Positions 1 through 64,000 of a DNA stretch of 64,000 nucleotides are shown here, in pieces (position 1 is the stretch's first letter; the number at the start of each line of letters is the position of its first letter). The notes beneath the pieces were generated by a model. It saw nothing but the letters and a program-made list of their open reading frames with translations, ran no database searches and was not told the origin of the DNA. The position numbers were made by a program, and so were the translations under genes. The stretch lies in the NCBI RefSeq assembly GCF_964355755.1, contig NC_092673.1, positions 5,518,001 to 5,582,000 on the forward strand, given 5' to 3'. This DNA comes from Antedon mediterranea (taxonomy: Eukaryota > Animalia > Echinodermata).

Positions 1-393
1 CCGTCGTCAACTAACGCAAACAGCAGCAAAGCAGTACCTTCATCTAGTTCAGTGTCGTGTCATCATTAATCATTTGTAAAAATATAGGTAAAAACCCCGA
101 TAATAATAATAACTGAGGAAGCATTGTGTCGACGGATCGTTAAGCAGTACTCGAAAAAGAAGAAGGTGGTAGAATGGGTGCGTATACACACAAGGAATAG
201 CCCACAATAAAGTGCCCTAACCTGTTCAACTGTACTTCCTGTTTGTGTCGGCGGGGTCGCGAGCATGTGATGCTTAAGTTATCTCGCCCTAACATGAGCC
301 GTCGAACGCAATTTAATGAATTTAATCGAATTACCGCTCTCGTAAAATTTAACTAGATCAGTACTTATCTCGCCCTAAGTTCGATATGAACCC
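1..393. mobile_element. Probable right end of a DNA transposon that extends beyond the window start
   Basis: GC/CpG-richer block with two copies of ttatctcgccctaa (about 279 and 366), ending in gttcgatatgaaccc and then switching abruptly to AT-rich DNA; left end not visible. Confidence 0.35.
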
Positions 394-675
394 AACTTTT
401 GAAACAATATACTCATTGATTTAAATTTTAGAGATGTAACTACAGTAATCCAATAATTTGCATTAAATGAATGCAAGGTCAATCTGAAATATCTGCTTAA
501 ATAAAAGACCATAATCAAAGTGAATGCCAGGAAATTAAACATAGTGGTTTTGTTCATATTGATTTGGATTATTTACACATAAAGCTAAATAATCAACCTT
601 ATTGATATTGTATTACTGTAAGTACAGCATGGACATATTGTATTAGATATTACTCTTTGATTGGTATTATATAGT

Positions 676-898
676 AGTACAGTATTTTTGTCTGTGTAAA
701 TTGTTTATCTAAAGTTTAACCATATTCATTTGTGGTAATTTCGCTGTAGACCTAAGGTAGAGGGTACAGTATTTTTTCTGTGTAAATTGTTTATCTAAAG
801 TTTAACCATATTCATTTGTAGTAATTTCGCTGTAGACCTAAAGGCAGATGGTACAGTATTTTTTCTGTGTAAATTGTTTATCTAGTTCAACCATATTT
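676..898 (+). repeat. Tandem repeat, ~88-bp unit x ~2.6
   Basis: gtacagtatttttt(g)tctgtgtaaattgtttatctaaagtttaaccatattcatttg... starts near 676, 764 and 852. Confidence 0.9.
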
Positions 899-1054
899 AG
901 CTGTACTCTGTCTACACTATCAAACTTTATGCAACAAAAAAATGTGATATACTGTATACTGTAGACAGGATGATGTCATATTTAAGCATATCACTACCAT
1001 ATTTGGGCATGTCACTTTTTTGTCATTTTGTAGTTTGATAATGTAGACAGAGCT
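899..1054 (+). mobile_element. MITE family A (Tourist/PIF-Harbinger-like), copy 1
   Basis: TIR (ag)ctctgtctacactatcaaac ... gtttgataatgtagacagagct; internal catatcactaccatatttggg. Confidence 0.85.
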
Positions 1055-1767
1055 TTAGACTATACAGTATTAATTTGTACTTATTTATCTCCAATCCTTC
1101 TTATAAACAACACACCAAGTTCAAAACTCAGAAGACCAAATTGGCCTAGTTAAAATACCTCCCATTGTGAATTAAACAGTGTAGTAGGCTATAAACTAAT
1201 CGACAAATATAAAGCCAATCAGACCATGAACACTACCTCCTTGGGAGCTAATTATGAGTCTTAGAAATGTACAATAGTAAAACTTGAATCTCTACCCAGA
1301 GACCGATTACACTGGACGTTCCATTTCCTATTCTAGTAAAATAAACTAGTTTGAACTTTTCAAATAGTTCATGTGCATTACATATTACAGTAGTTTGTCT
1401 TCATGCATATCCGACTACCTTGTCTGGTATACAGTACCTTCATTAATTATGTAGTTTGAGGTCATACTATACTTATAAAGGATGTTGTGTATGTTCCTTG
1501 GTGACAGTATGACTGACCACTGACCAATTCTCGAAAATATTAATTTTTAAGTGCAGTACAGTATTATACTATAGTAGAATGAATTTTACCAAATTATAAT
1601 TTGAACAATAAAATATTAATAATATAGTTTATACAATCAAGTGCACAATTATGAATGTTAATGACTTGAAATGGGAAAAATATTTTCATGAGTAAAGATT
1701 CACTCTACCTCATCTGAATAGAAACAGTAAGGCTTTTTCAAATGAAAATTCAATAGATCTCCACCCA

Positions 1768-1806
1768 TTTTGTTGTCACATAAAGTTTGCTAGTGTAGAC
1801 AGAGCT
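1768..1806 (-). mobile_element. MITE family A, terminal fragment
   Basis: ttttgttgtcacataaagtttgctagtgtagacagagct followed by taa. Confidence 0.7.
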
Positions 1807-3821
1807 TAAACAGCTTTTACAAAAAGTTGAAGTACTAAAAGTTGATAAGTGCCTTAATACTACAGTTAGTATAGTACAATGGAATATGAAAAATTAAGAA
1901 TGGCAAGTTAATTTGATGAAACTTGCTTCATTAATGACCTCTCTCACAAGGTCACATTAAACTAATAAATTAGTCTCTTTATAATTAGCTAATTAAGGCT
2001 ACAGTAGTTTCTAATACTGTATGGACTCTTTTTTCTGACCTGGCTTCTCTAATTTTTCAATTTAAAGTAATTCAGCAGTAATTAACACTCCTGTATACAT
2101 TAAATAATAGTGATGATGACTGACATTATTTTTGTACACTGTAGCCTATCCATTGTGTTTTGAGATAATGCAAACTTTTCCACCTCCGAACCTCAAATTT
2201 TATAATTATTTCTAACTGTTAATTACTGTAGTACAGTACGTACATTTTTCTCATTAACTGAATTAAGGTTTACAGTATTTAAGTTGTGAATGTCTTTTTT
2301 TATTATATAAGAAGTTAACTTGTCATTTTGTTTGGGCTTTACAAGTTATGTTAAAGTTGTTTGGTAATTGATTCATACGATGCAAACAATAAATACAATT
2401 AAGGAGTGTTCTAAAATTATAACATTCCTCGTTAAGCCATGTTAGAGTTCAATGTCTCAGAAATAACATACTTGTTTTGTGGGATACAACACTGACCACC
2501 ATGATATGTAATTCAAAACATAATCTGCACAAATCCCCATTTTATTGGATCCTGCTGTGTAGATCGTGTTCGACTATGAGTAAGACAGACAATGCGCCCT
2601 CGTTGTCTGTCGATGTGTCATTGGAATAAAGCAACTTCGCTAAAGTGGTCACCACTGTGGACAGGGTCAAATCCATAGGTCTTGGATGTGGGTCAACTGT
2701 ACTGTAGACCTGTTCCTGATGGTTTGCTAGTGGTTTGCTAATGGTTTCCTGGTGCTAATCAAATGACATACCCTATAATGTTTTACATCCTATAGCTGCA
2801 TGGATTTAACTATTTTTTCATTCATGTTCATGATTAAAATCTTGGTTTCGTCTGTAACACATCAATGGGATTTCCTACTTCTGTACCTTTCACAGTTCGT
2901 TAACCTAAAAATTAAGTTCTTCTGATATTGGTGAATAAATTTTGTCATCACTTTTGGGCCGGTTTCTATTGACAAGAAACTACAGTTTAAAAAAAATGCA
3001 AAATGCTTTAAACAGTTAATATTAACACAGAAAAGAACCAATTTTTAATACTTTTACAGTCAAAATTTAAATTAAATTTCTCCGTTCTTTGTAGGCCCTT
3101 AAATGCCTTATTTTTTTGGTTTACTTTTTTACAGTATCTGAATGGTATACAGTTACAGTAACAGAAATATACTTCTACTGTATCTTTTAGCCTACATTTA
3201 TTTATCAACAGCTTTTCATTACTGTAGTGAATTTTTAATTAAAATAATCTACAATTATAGTATAGTACACCAGCAGTACTAATGAACAAGTCATGCCATA
3301 CAGTAGTTAATTAAAAAAACAAAGATTTAGCAGTTTTCTTTGAGATACAGTATATGACTGATTAGTGGGTCTTCACCTTCTGACGCCAAGCCTGAAAATA
3401 TCTTCATATTCTTGCGTAATTATTAATTCGTAATTCCTATAGTGCCAAGAGATGTGTTAAGTTTGTAGTTGTTAGTTTAATGTGGATTTTATTATGCTAA
3501 GTTGTTTATAGTTTAAAAGCCTTGTGAACTCCTTAAGAAGACCTTATTGCCAGCTTCATCATTATCTTTACACAGCCTGGATTCCTCTCATCTCTAAACT
3601 GATGATCAATTACCTACGCGATGAATATACCATACGTTTACGTTTATATTGATGAGGTTCAATGCTTCGCAACTTCAAAGAGGTTTTCTTCTGCTGTGTC
3701 AATAACTGCACACTTACCGTGTAGATGTGTATACATCATGTCTTTGTCAATGTCATATTAAATCTACTTTTTACCAGTGTATCAAGTTGTTATTGGCTAA
3801 AAATTAATTTATAATACTTAA

Positions 3822-4447
3822 AGACCCCTTCCCTGCAATTTTGGACGTTTTTTGGAAAATAATACATATATATCACTTTAAAAACATTAAACCATGTCAT
3901 TCCTTGTCTTAAATGTAAGTTTTATGGTAAATTATGATAAAAAGTGAGAAACAATGCACTACCTAAGTAGCTCGCGGCGATCGACCTCTCGTGGACGGTC
4001 TTAGGCCTAGCCTAGCTAGGCTTAGTTTTGTAGGCCTAGCTGGTAAACATCGACAACGTACGAACATCGTACGCTAGCTATATACCTAGCCTGACGTTGT
4101 ATAGTTGCTGCATTAATTGTCTTTCAATTTTTGCCAGACTCCGTTGATACAAATTGGGGAAAACCCGGTATTTTCGCTGAAAAGTTAGGAGTCTTCCATT
4201 TGTTTTGGCTTCACGATCGATCGAAAAGTGGGCGAATTACAGGTGAAAAACAAAAATATCCATCCGCGCGCAATGCATTTTGGGATTTATAGCGGGCCTC
4301 TATAATTATTAGAATCGATTTATTTTTCACATTTTTAACCGTTTAAAGACGAAAAAAGTTATCGCAATAGGACCATATAGTATTATTTTTACATTAAATA
4401 TAGTTTGTGATCTTAAAATAGATCTAAAAAACGTAGGGAATGGGGCT
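3822..4447 (+). mobile_element. 626-bp non-autonomous DNA transposon with TTAA TSD (Kolobok-like), family B copy 1
   Basis: TTAA|agaccccttccct ... agggaatggggct|TTAA; near-identical copy at 14678-15303. Confidence 0.88.
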
Positions 4448-4524
4448 TTAATAGTAGTGTAATTAAAGTACGTATTGTCATTGATAGATTCCATTTTCTA
4501 TATATTTTTCAACAATATTTTAAA

Positions 4525-4965
4525 AGTTACAGCGCAACACTGGATTGTAGTACTTTGAAATGTGTGCTACTGTTACTGTACAGTACTACTGTAATATTGC
4601 TCCGTGGTACTGTACTGTATACAGTATTACTGTACAGTACTTTCTTACAAGTACTGTACAGTAAATGTTTGGTACTGTGTGTTACTGTATACTGTATGCT
4701 ATGTTTACTTTGTTGTATTTTACTGTGTGGTACAGTACTTTCTTTTACAGTGTAGTGTTGTGTACTGTACACTTGTGTGTTACAGTACGTACTGTACAGT
4801 ACTACATACATTACTAAACTGTACAGTATATGGTACTTTGTACAGTACTGTATGATACTGTAATACTTCCTGATATACTGTCTGTGTTACTGTGGTACTT
4901 AATGTATACTACTGTATGATTACTATGCTATCAGTACTGTTAGACATACTGTACAATACTGTATC
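4525..4965. repeat. Low-complexity tract built from TACAGTA/TACTGTA
   Basis: dense gtactgtacagt/tacagtactgta motifs; produces the spurious ORFs at 4527-4855. Confidence 0.9.
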
Positions 4966-6705
4966 ATGGGATTCCCGACGAAGTATCTGTTTATTGATAA
5001 CATTTTATATCAATGTTTATTGATAACATTTTATATCACGTTTAATCACCATTTCCTCCAACCATGTGTGGTTTTAATTGGAATTTGGTCATAACTACTG
5101 TAATTTTATGAGATCAGATAAAGTTCAAGCGTATGGGTTTGGGAAAATCATTTTGGAAGCTACTACAGGACAGTACTGTACTGTATGCATTAAAAAAAAA
5201 CGACATTTTGTCTGTCTAGTATTAAAGTCTGTACATGCCAATGAAATACCAGACTACTGTATTGTCATTCTTTAGGTCTCTTTTCATTGAAATAATATTG
5301 TTAATTAAAATAATTAAATGAATGTAATTTAAAGAACATTCACTGGTTTTTGTGGGTTTATTTTTAAAAGAAAAAGTTGAAAAACATATTCATTTTAATA
5401 GCGCATGTTATTGTTATTGTAAACATGTATTGACTGAAAAAGAGTTAAATAATATCCGATGTTGACGACAGAATCGGGAAAGCAGTTCAGCTTCATACTA
5501 AAAGACATTCCTATTCTGTATGTTTACTGGTTAAAAGCTGTAAGAATCCAAGCCTGGCATTATACACATACCAGACCTATATCATAAATTATCGTTTGAC
5601 TTATAAATAACATTATGCATAGGCTAAGAGGATATTCATTACAACATGCATGGGTTTGATTTATTGTAAGCCGAAATTAAATTAATTGCGAGTTTTAGAT
5701 CTTCATACTGTACTCCTGTGATAATTTGTTCAAAATTAATTTACATAATTCATAAACAAGGTAATTAAAATGCATGTTAATGACAGTATTAATCAATAAA
5801 TAGTTACAAGCTCGACTCAATAATTATTATTCAGAAAAATATTGTATAATTTATATTTAGATTATTATAATATTACTAATTAATATTTTGCATATATTTT
5901 TACATTTTATAGTTAATAACAAAAATTCCAAAATATAATTTATAAACAATTTATATTGTTTATGCAAAATAAATAAAATGCATAAATAATGAAACATTGT
6001 TGTAAAGATAATACTGTAGTATCTACCAAATAAAAGGGAAATATTAAAGCCATTTAGCACTTGAATTTAAACTCTTCTTAATATCCTATTTCCTTCCTCC
6101 TACAGTACCATATAAACTACTTTCACAGTAATATACTGTATGTACATAAATACGCATACAGTATTAAAATCGCCAACAATGAAGTATCAAATCCTAACTA
6201 GAAATATCTAAAAATTCATTAAATTCCTAAATTTTCAGTAAGTAACATAATAAATTTATCATAATTTGTTACATAATAAGATATATTCTTTTTATCATAA
6301 ATCTATTTTTAGTAACATGGCTGGTATTACAGTATGTTTTCAGTATAATTAGAAAATCAACATTGGCTAAGATTCGTATTGATTTAGGATCTGTAGAAGG
6401 TTACCGACGAGTAAATTTTAATTCACGATTTATGCTTCTGTATGTTTATGTAGTAATAGACTAATTATATCCAGATTGATAGACTACTGTAATTATAGAT
6501 TGACTAACTGGTAAGTATTGATTTTATGGAACATGACTTATTAATATTATGAAAAACTCGTACTGTAGTGTTTGTGCAATTGTCAACTGCAGTGCAGTTT
6601 TATTTCACGTTTAACAGACAAGGAGAAATTCTAAACCACACAAAGAAAATGCAGAAATTAGTATTCATTTTTTTTTTCAAATGAAATAAGGTCATAGTTT
6701 ATTAA

Positions 6706-7021
6706 AGATGTATTGTCCCCCAAAAACATGATAAATGAAGATTGATAAAATCAGATTTTGAATAGACCATTTTGCAGGTTTAAGAAAAAATAATTATTTC
6801 ACTTATAAGAAGACGCATGAAAACAGTTAATTTTATACCAAAAACCATTGTCTGACAGACAATTCAAGTATTTTTTGCTCTAAATTACATTTTTTTAGGT
6901 AAATAGTTTTTTTTTTTGATCCAGTTTTTGGTCAACGTGCATAACTAATACGTGATATTAAAATGCCATATTCAACAAAAAATAATGAAAAAAAAAAATT
7001 TTTAAGCGGGACAATGTATCT
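6706..7021 (+). mobile_element. ~320-340-bp MITE with TTAA TSD (Kolobok-like), family C copy 1
   Basis: TTAA|agatgtattgtccc ... gggacaatgtatct|TTAA; homologous to 37119-37458 and 41896-42240. Confidence 0.85.
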
Positions 7022-8524
7022 TTAAAAATATTCTAAATTAATATAAATTTTAATTTATAATTCTCTGTGAATATATCAGATTCAACTCTCATTGTACATC
7101 TTGGAGCAAGAACAGTATTCCATATAAATGTAAATTTGTATGAAAGGTCAGCAGAGTTCAAATCCATAATTGTTACACTGACTATAGTAACACTAACGTA
7201 TCATGTTGACATGCTGGTTAATAGTAACTGTATCTACATGATGCAGTCAATAAAAACCTGCAGTTAAATGGAACGGAAAAGCCTATTTAAAGATTGTGTT
7301 TGACTTACCTGTAGTGGATGAAACGCACATTAATTAAGTATTGTTTACAGCTACCAACGAAATCGACCACATGATTTTTGTTGAGAAGAAGAGATTATTT
7401 ATATGGTTAAATTCAGTTTATTGTAGAGTTTTCGGAGTTGATGTACTGTACACTATGTATTTTCGTAAACGTTTTAATAAAATAATAATACCACCTTCAA
7501 AACCAAAAAGACACTGTATCCCCTTTGATACGGTCAATACTATTAAAGTTTATATTTATTTTGAATAATAGAGTTATAGTGAAAAATATTAAGAGCAGGT
7601 ATTAAATGTTTATTTTAACAATGTTGGCCTCACTTGAAGGGTTGTTTGAATTATATTTTAAAATATATAATCATAATCAGGTAAATATTATTTATTCTCT
7701 TCATGGACCAATGTACACACAACAAAGATTGGCTTTCCCAAATTAGTTAATTACTTTACTAATCAAGCTCAGTGATATTTTTTATCTGTTTATTGTTTAA
7801 AAAAATTCTTTTAGAATTGTACAGTAGGATGTTCATCACAGCAAATTTCAGTAGTTTAATTGAAAAAGAACATTCATTTAATTAATATTTTATACATTTT
7901 AAATTCGTAGAGTTTCATAATCATATGACAAAATACGTGTAGCACATCTGTATAAAAATGTATTTACTATTCCAACAAATTGATCACGAAATCATGACAG
8001 CTGTTTTTTTTATTATAACAATTCCATATTTGTAGTGAATCTGTTCTGGAATAAACAAGTTATTAAACTGTATCTAGGAAGCCTGGATATACCATAATGC
8101 ATCTTGTTCTGCTTAGGGCATAAGGAGCAAAAGGTGTCTATACTCTTGGATGTAAATCACTCTAAAACCTGCCTCCTGCTGTTTAGCCCCAATTGTGTTG
8201 ATTCAAAATTTCATGCTGACTTGGTTTTGCGTGGCATAACGTCAGCAAAGGCACTGCCTTGCCTCGATCACTGTTTTCACAAGTTGCGTAAACAAATATG
8301 AACTGAAGCTGTAATCAATGCTAAGGACTGAATCAATTAATTTCTGATTATTGAGTAGATATAAAGTGTTCCATTTCATTTCTTCAACCTTAATTTAGCT
8401 TTGGGATTTTTGTCGGTTCGATGCACTTTCTGAAAGTAAGTTTTAATCGGGCCATAAACTTGATTTTGATTGGTTATTTTGGGTCTGTTTACAAATTGTT
8501 TATATCAAGATTATGTTGTTAATA

Positions 8525-9003
8525 GGGAGGTTTCGCAACCTTACGAATACGATAACGAAAACGGATACGTCACACATTTGTGAAACTTTTGAGCTGATCC
8601 CCATTTCATATTTGTAAAGCGTATTCGTGTTGACGAATATCACCAGTCATATTCGTAACTACAAAACGAGTATAGTTTTGGATCTATTTTGCACATTTTG
8701 CATTTGAATCAGGCATGATTCATGATTATAATAATAATTATACTTTTATTGAAAGTAATTTACTAAAATGCCAGGTCAATTTTGATAAATAGCAGTTTTT
8801 AAAGTCCTCACTCGCTTTGATGTTACGCTAGGCCTAGGCAGTCAAGCACCAAGCAACACGTACCTGCGCTTTGCTCAAATTTACTGCAGTCATATTTTGG
8901 CCGGCGTCCTAAATATTTCGTTGACATGCGAAACAGATTTTTACTGGCTTACAAAAAACGAATACATGTGCGTGACGTATCTGTTTTCGTTATCGTATTC
9001 GTA
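8525..9003 (+). mobile_element. ~500-bp MITE family D copy 1 (right TIR truncated)
   Basis: gggaggtttcgcaaccttacgaatacgataacgaaaacg ... ttttcgttatcgtattcgta; highly similar to 22836-23331. Confidence 0.85.
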
Positions 9004-11484
9004 TTTTATTTTATTTATTTGCACACTTGCACACGCCACTACTGTACTAGGACTCTATATATCTATAATGTCCAAAATGATCTTGGTGATTACACTAAAT
9101 ATTATGGTATAATAAAGATACTGTAGCTCTTTAGGGTGGAGTTTTAGAAAAATGTCCAAAGAATTTTAAGCTCATGTGTGGCATACTGTACAACTACATT
9201 CATCAGTTGAAAATTACTTCCATTTATTGTCATTTGCATATAAAATATACATATCCATGACAACAATATCCTTATATTTTTTAGGTGATTAATAACATTA
9301 AAAATTGTTGAATAATTATATTCATCATATAATTTACTGATGAACATTTGGTGTCTATTGATTTTCTGTAAACTGTATCTCCACGTAAGACATTTTATGC
9401 CCAGTGTAATAGGCAAATTCTGTACTACAGAATGTGTGTTGCCTGTATTATGTCAAGTGTTAGCTTAGAGTAGGCTTACAGCATGATACAGGTGTCACAT
9501 GTGATACATGACTGTCACTATCATACAATTGGCCAATGATAACTATTTATATACAGTACCAAGAATTTTTTTTATCATTCGCGGTACTATATACGTACCA
9601 TTTATTTGTATCAACAAAAAATATATTTACACAGTATTTCTTTCACAAGAATATTTCTATAAACTTATTTGATACAAAACGGGTATGCAATGAGCCGAAG
9701 CTCTTAAACGCATTACCCTGTTTTAAAATAATACTAAAATCTTTATTTTTGCAACAGAAAAAAAAAGACTCATTCACTAGAAAGGTGTTGTTGCACGAGG
9801 CCGTATAACATTGTAATGAAACTTGTCATCCAGAAATGAAAAAGAAAAAAACACAATTTATACACTTCAGAAGAAATCTAAGAAAAGCATTATCATTATA
9901 ATGAAATTGATGGCAATAATAATGTTGCACGAGGATAACAAATGAAATCATTTTACAACATTTGCTTTCAAAAGATAAAACTTCTGATTGATTCTTGGAA
10001 CTTCAGGTTGTAAGAATTCCTCAAATTAAACACTTTTTGATTGGATAGTATATTGTCTGTTATACTGTATTTCTATACATTTTTCATCACTTAAAATTAT
10101 TTTAGAACATATTACACATTTTTTTTATGAGAGTTATGCAAGATATCTATAGTTATTAGAGTCTTGATGAGCATTAAACAAATATGGAAATATCATGTTG
10201 AAAAAAAAGAAACTAGAATTTAAAAGAATGCTTAAAAAATTTGTTTGATGAAATCCCTGTTGATAAGATGGGGGAATGCCCTGCTAGTACTGCTACCATT
10301 TGTTTTGTATCTTACTCTGATAGTTAGTATTGTATTTCGGGTACACAATACACTAAGGCATGAGTTTAATGTCCTGGTTGTTTTCTGTTGATTTGTGCTG
10401 TCCCGTCCCCCGCTTGTCTTCGTTTTGTGTCCCAGGCAGACCTGTATCTTTCTGGGATGCTGCCTTCCCCACCCCCCTCCCAGATTTATTGTTGTTATTT
10501 GTATATGTTTCCCATTATTGTTTTAATCTTAAAAGGAAGTAAATAACTTTTATTTTGAATGTAATTGAATTGAGGGGTCGAACAAACGCTTTTTGGTCTT
10601 ATAGTACGTGCCCTTTCAAACTAGCCACTGCAGCATAGCTCATGAAAATTCTTTTCAAACAAGACAAAGATAAAGCAAGGGCACTACTTCCATGCATTTT
10701 ATTCACAAACAATGATGAATCACAGGCAGCGATGTATTAATGTTTGCTCCACGAATGACTAATAACATTTGCTATGTTCTCAAAGTTGAACTTTACCAAT
10801 AAAAATGATAGTACTGTCTGCAGATTTCAAAGTCATAAAAATGATTTGTGGATATTCCTGTGTACAATATCATAATAAATGTCAGATATATATTCTTTAT
10901 TTTTGAATACATTAGCAAATTATTTTGAATACCATTGCATTTATTTGATATACTGTGTACAGTATAACTGTAAGGATATTTAATGATGAATTTTGTTGTC
11001 TTGGTTTTAAATTTATTAGCTTTTTTAGGGACCAAATAAAAATATATTAGTTACTGCACTTTGCTGTTTTGTTTGCTAGAACAATTATTTAGAAAGCCTT
11101 TTATAGATCTGTATACTTTGTATGAAAACAGTAAAAATTATACGTTTAAGTAAATAATTAAAATGTAGAGTAGTTACTGCAGTAAACTGCAGTAGAATAA
11201 TTTTGACATGATCCTTTATTTAAATGACCAATTCATTGTGTTTATTTTAACCAGGTATGGTTGTTTATTTAGATGGCTCTTGATACTGTCTGTATTTAGT
11301 TTAATGTACCCGAAACAATATATCACTCTGCTGTATACAGGCTAAACCCTAAATTATATACCTTATTATTGTACTGTATATGACATGAAAACCTGATTTT
11401 CTGAGAAAACTAGTCGTATTGGCCTGTTTCAAAGTCTTTACGAGAGTCGTAAAATGAAATGAAAAAAATAGAATGAATATTTAA

Positions 11485-63765
<52,281 letters not shown>

Positions 63766-64000
63766 GTAAGACTATTGTGTCTGAATTTGTATTAGTATTT
63801 TATCATTTGTGTCCAAAATAATAATACAAGATTTTTTTAATACAACAAAACAAAGAAATAACAACAATATACCCACACTGAGACTGAAAAGAGAAGATAT
63901 GTTTAAAAAAAATGCACATGTAGCGAGATGTGAATATTTTATGCAGGTCCTTTCAGCCTCAGCATGGAACGAAACAACACTATTTCTTGACTGTACGCAC

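Noticed and set aside
2540-2760. GC-richer island with hairpin gacagacaa...ttgtctgtc as a possible exon or ncRNA
   Set aside because: The short ORF ends in a stop, and there is no GRK similarity, family motif or second copy to support a call.
4527-4855. Three overlapping Y/C/T/V-rich ORFs
   Set aside because: Translations of the TACAGTA/TACTGTA low-complexity tract.
9780-10575. Possible L1/Tx1 3' remnant
   Set aside because: Purine-rich stretch and tail-like end, but no recognisable peptide motif could be recovered.
63947-64000. Terminal GRK exon
   Set aside because: Weak polypyrimidine tract, two competing AGs, no homology signal, and truncated by the window edge.

Overview
AT-rich animal genomic DNA. 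The repeat repertoire suggests an invertebrate deuterostome such as an echinoderm, but this is inference. The window is almost entirely one + strand, intron-rich gene for a GRK4-subfamily G protein-coupled receptor kinase (GRK5/6-like). Fourteen GT-AG coding exons between 11510 and 63765 (1616 nt) splice in frame. They encode the basic N-terminal motif, the RH domain, the full kinase domain, the AGC C-tail and the C-terminal amphipathic helix. The first exon (MELENIVAN-type) and the stop-codon exon were not found. Nearly all ORFs in the supplied track are artefacts. The introns hold many non-autonomous transposons: PIF/Harbinger-, Kolobok-, P-, Mutator-, hAT- and pogo/Tigger-like MITEs, Helentron-associated (DINE-1/HINE-like) elements, tRNA-derived SINEs and LINE fragments. 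The most notable observations are these. (1) TACAGTA/TACTGTA is pervasive, and paralogous copies within the window show it as 5-bp insertions at TA, the signature of Tc1/mariner/pogo excision footprints. (2) A Penelope-type minimal hammerhead ribozyme motif sits in a palindromic element. (3) A P-like element forms part of a three-level transposon nest. (4) An isolated antisense LINE 5' end (5'UTR plus ORF1) lies in intron 2. (5) One kinase exon begins with a perfect 5' splice site, making it a recursive-splicing candidate. No new multi-gene system is evident.
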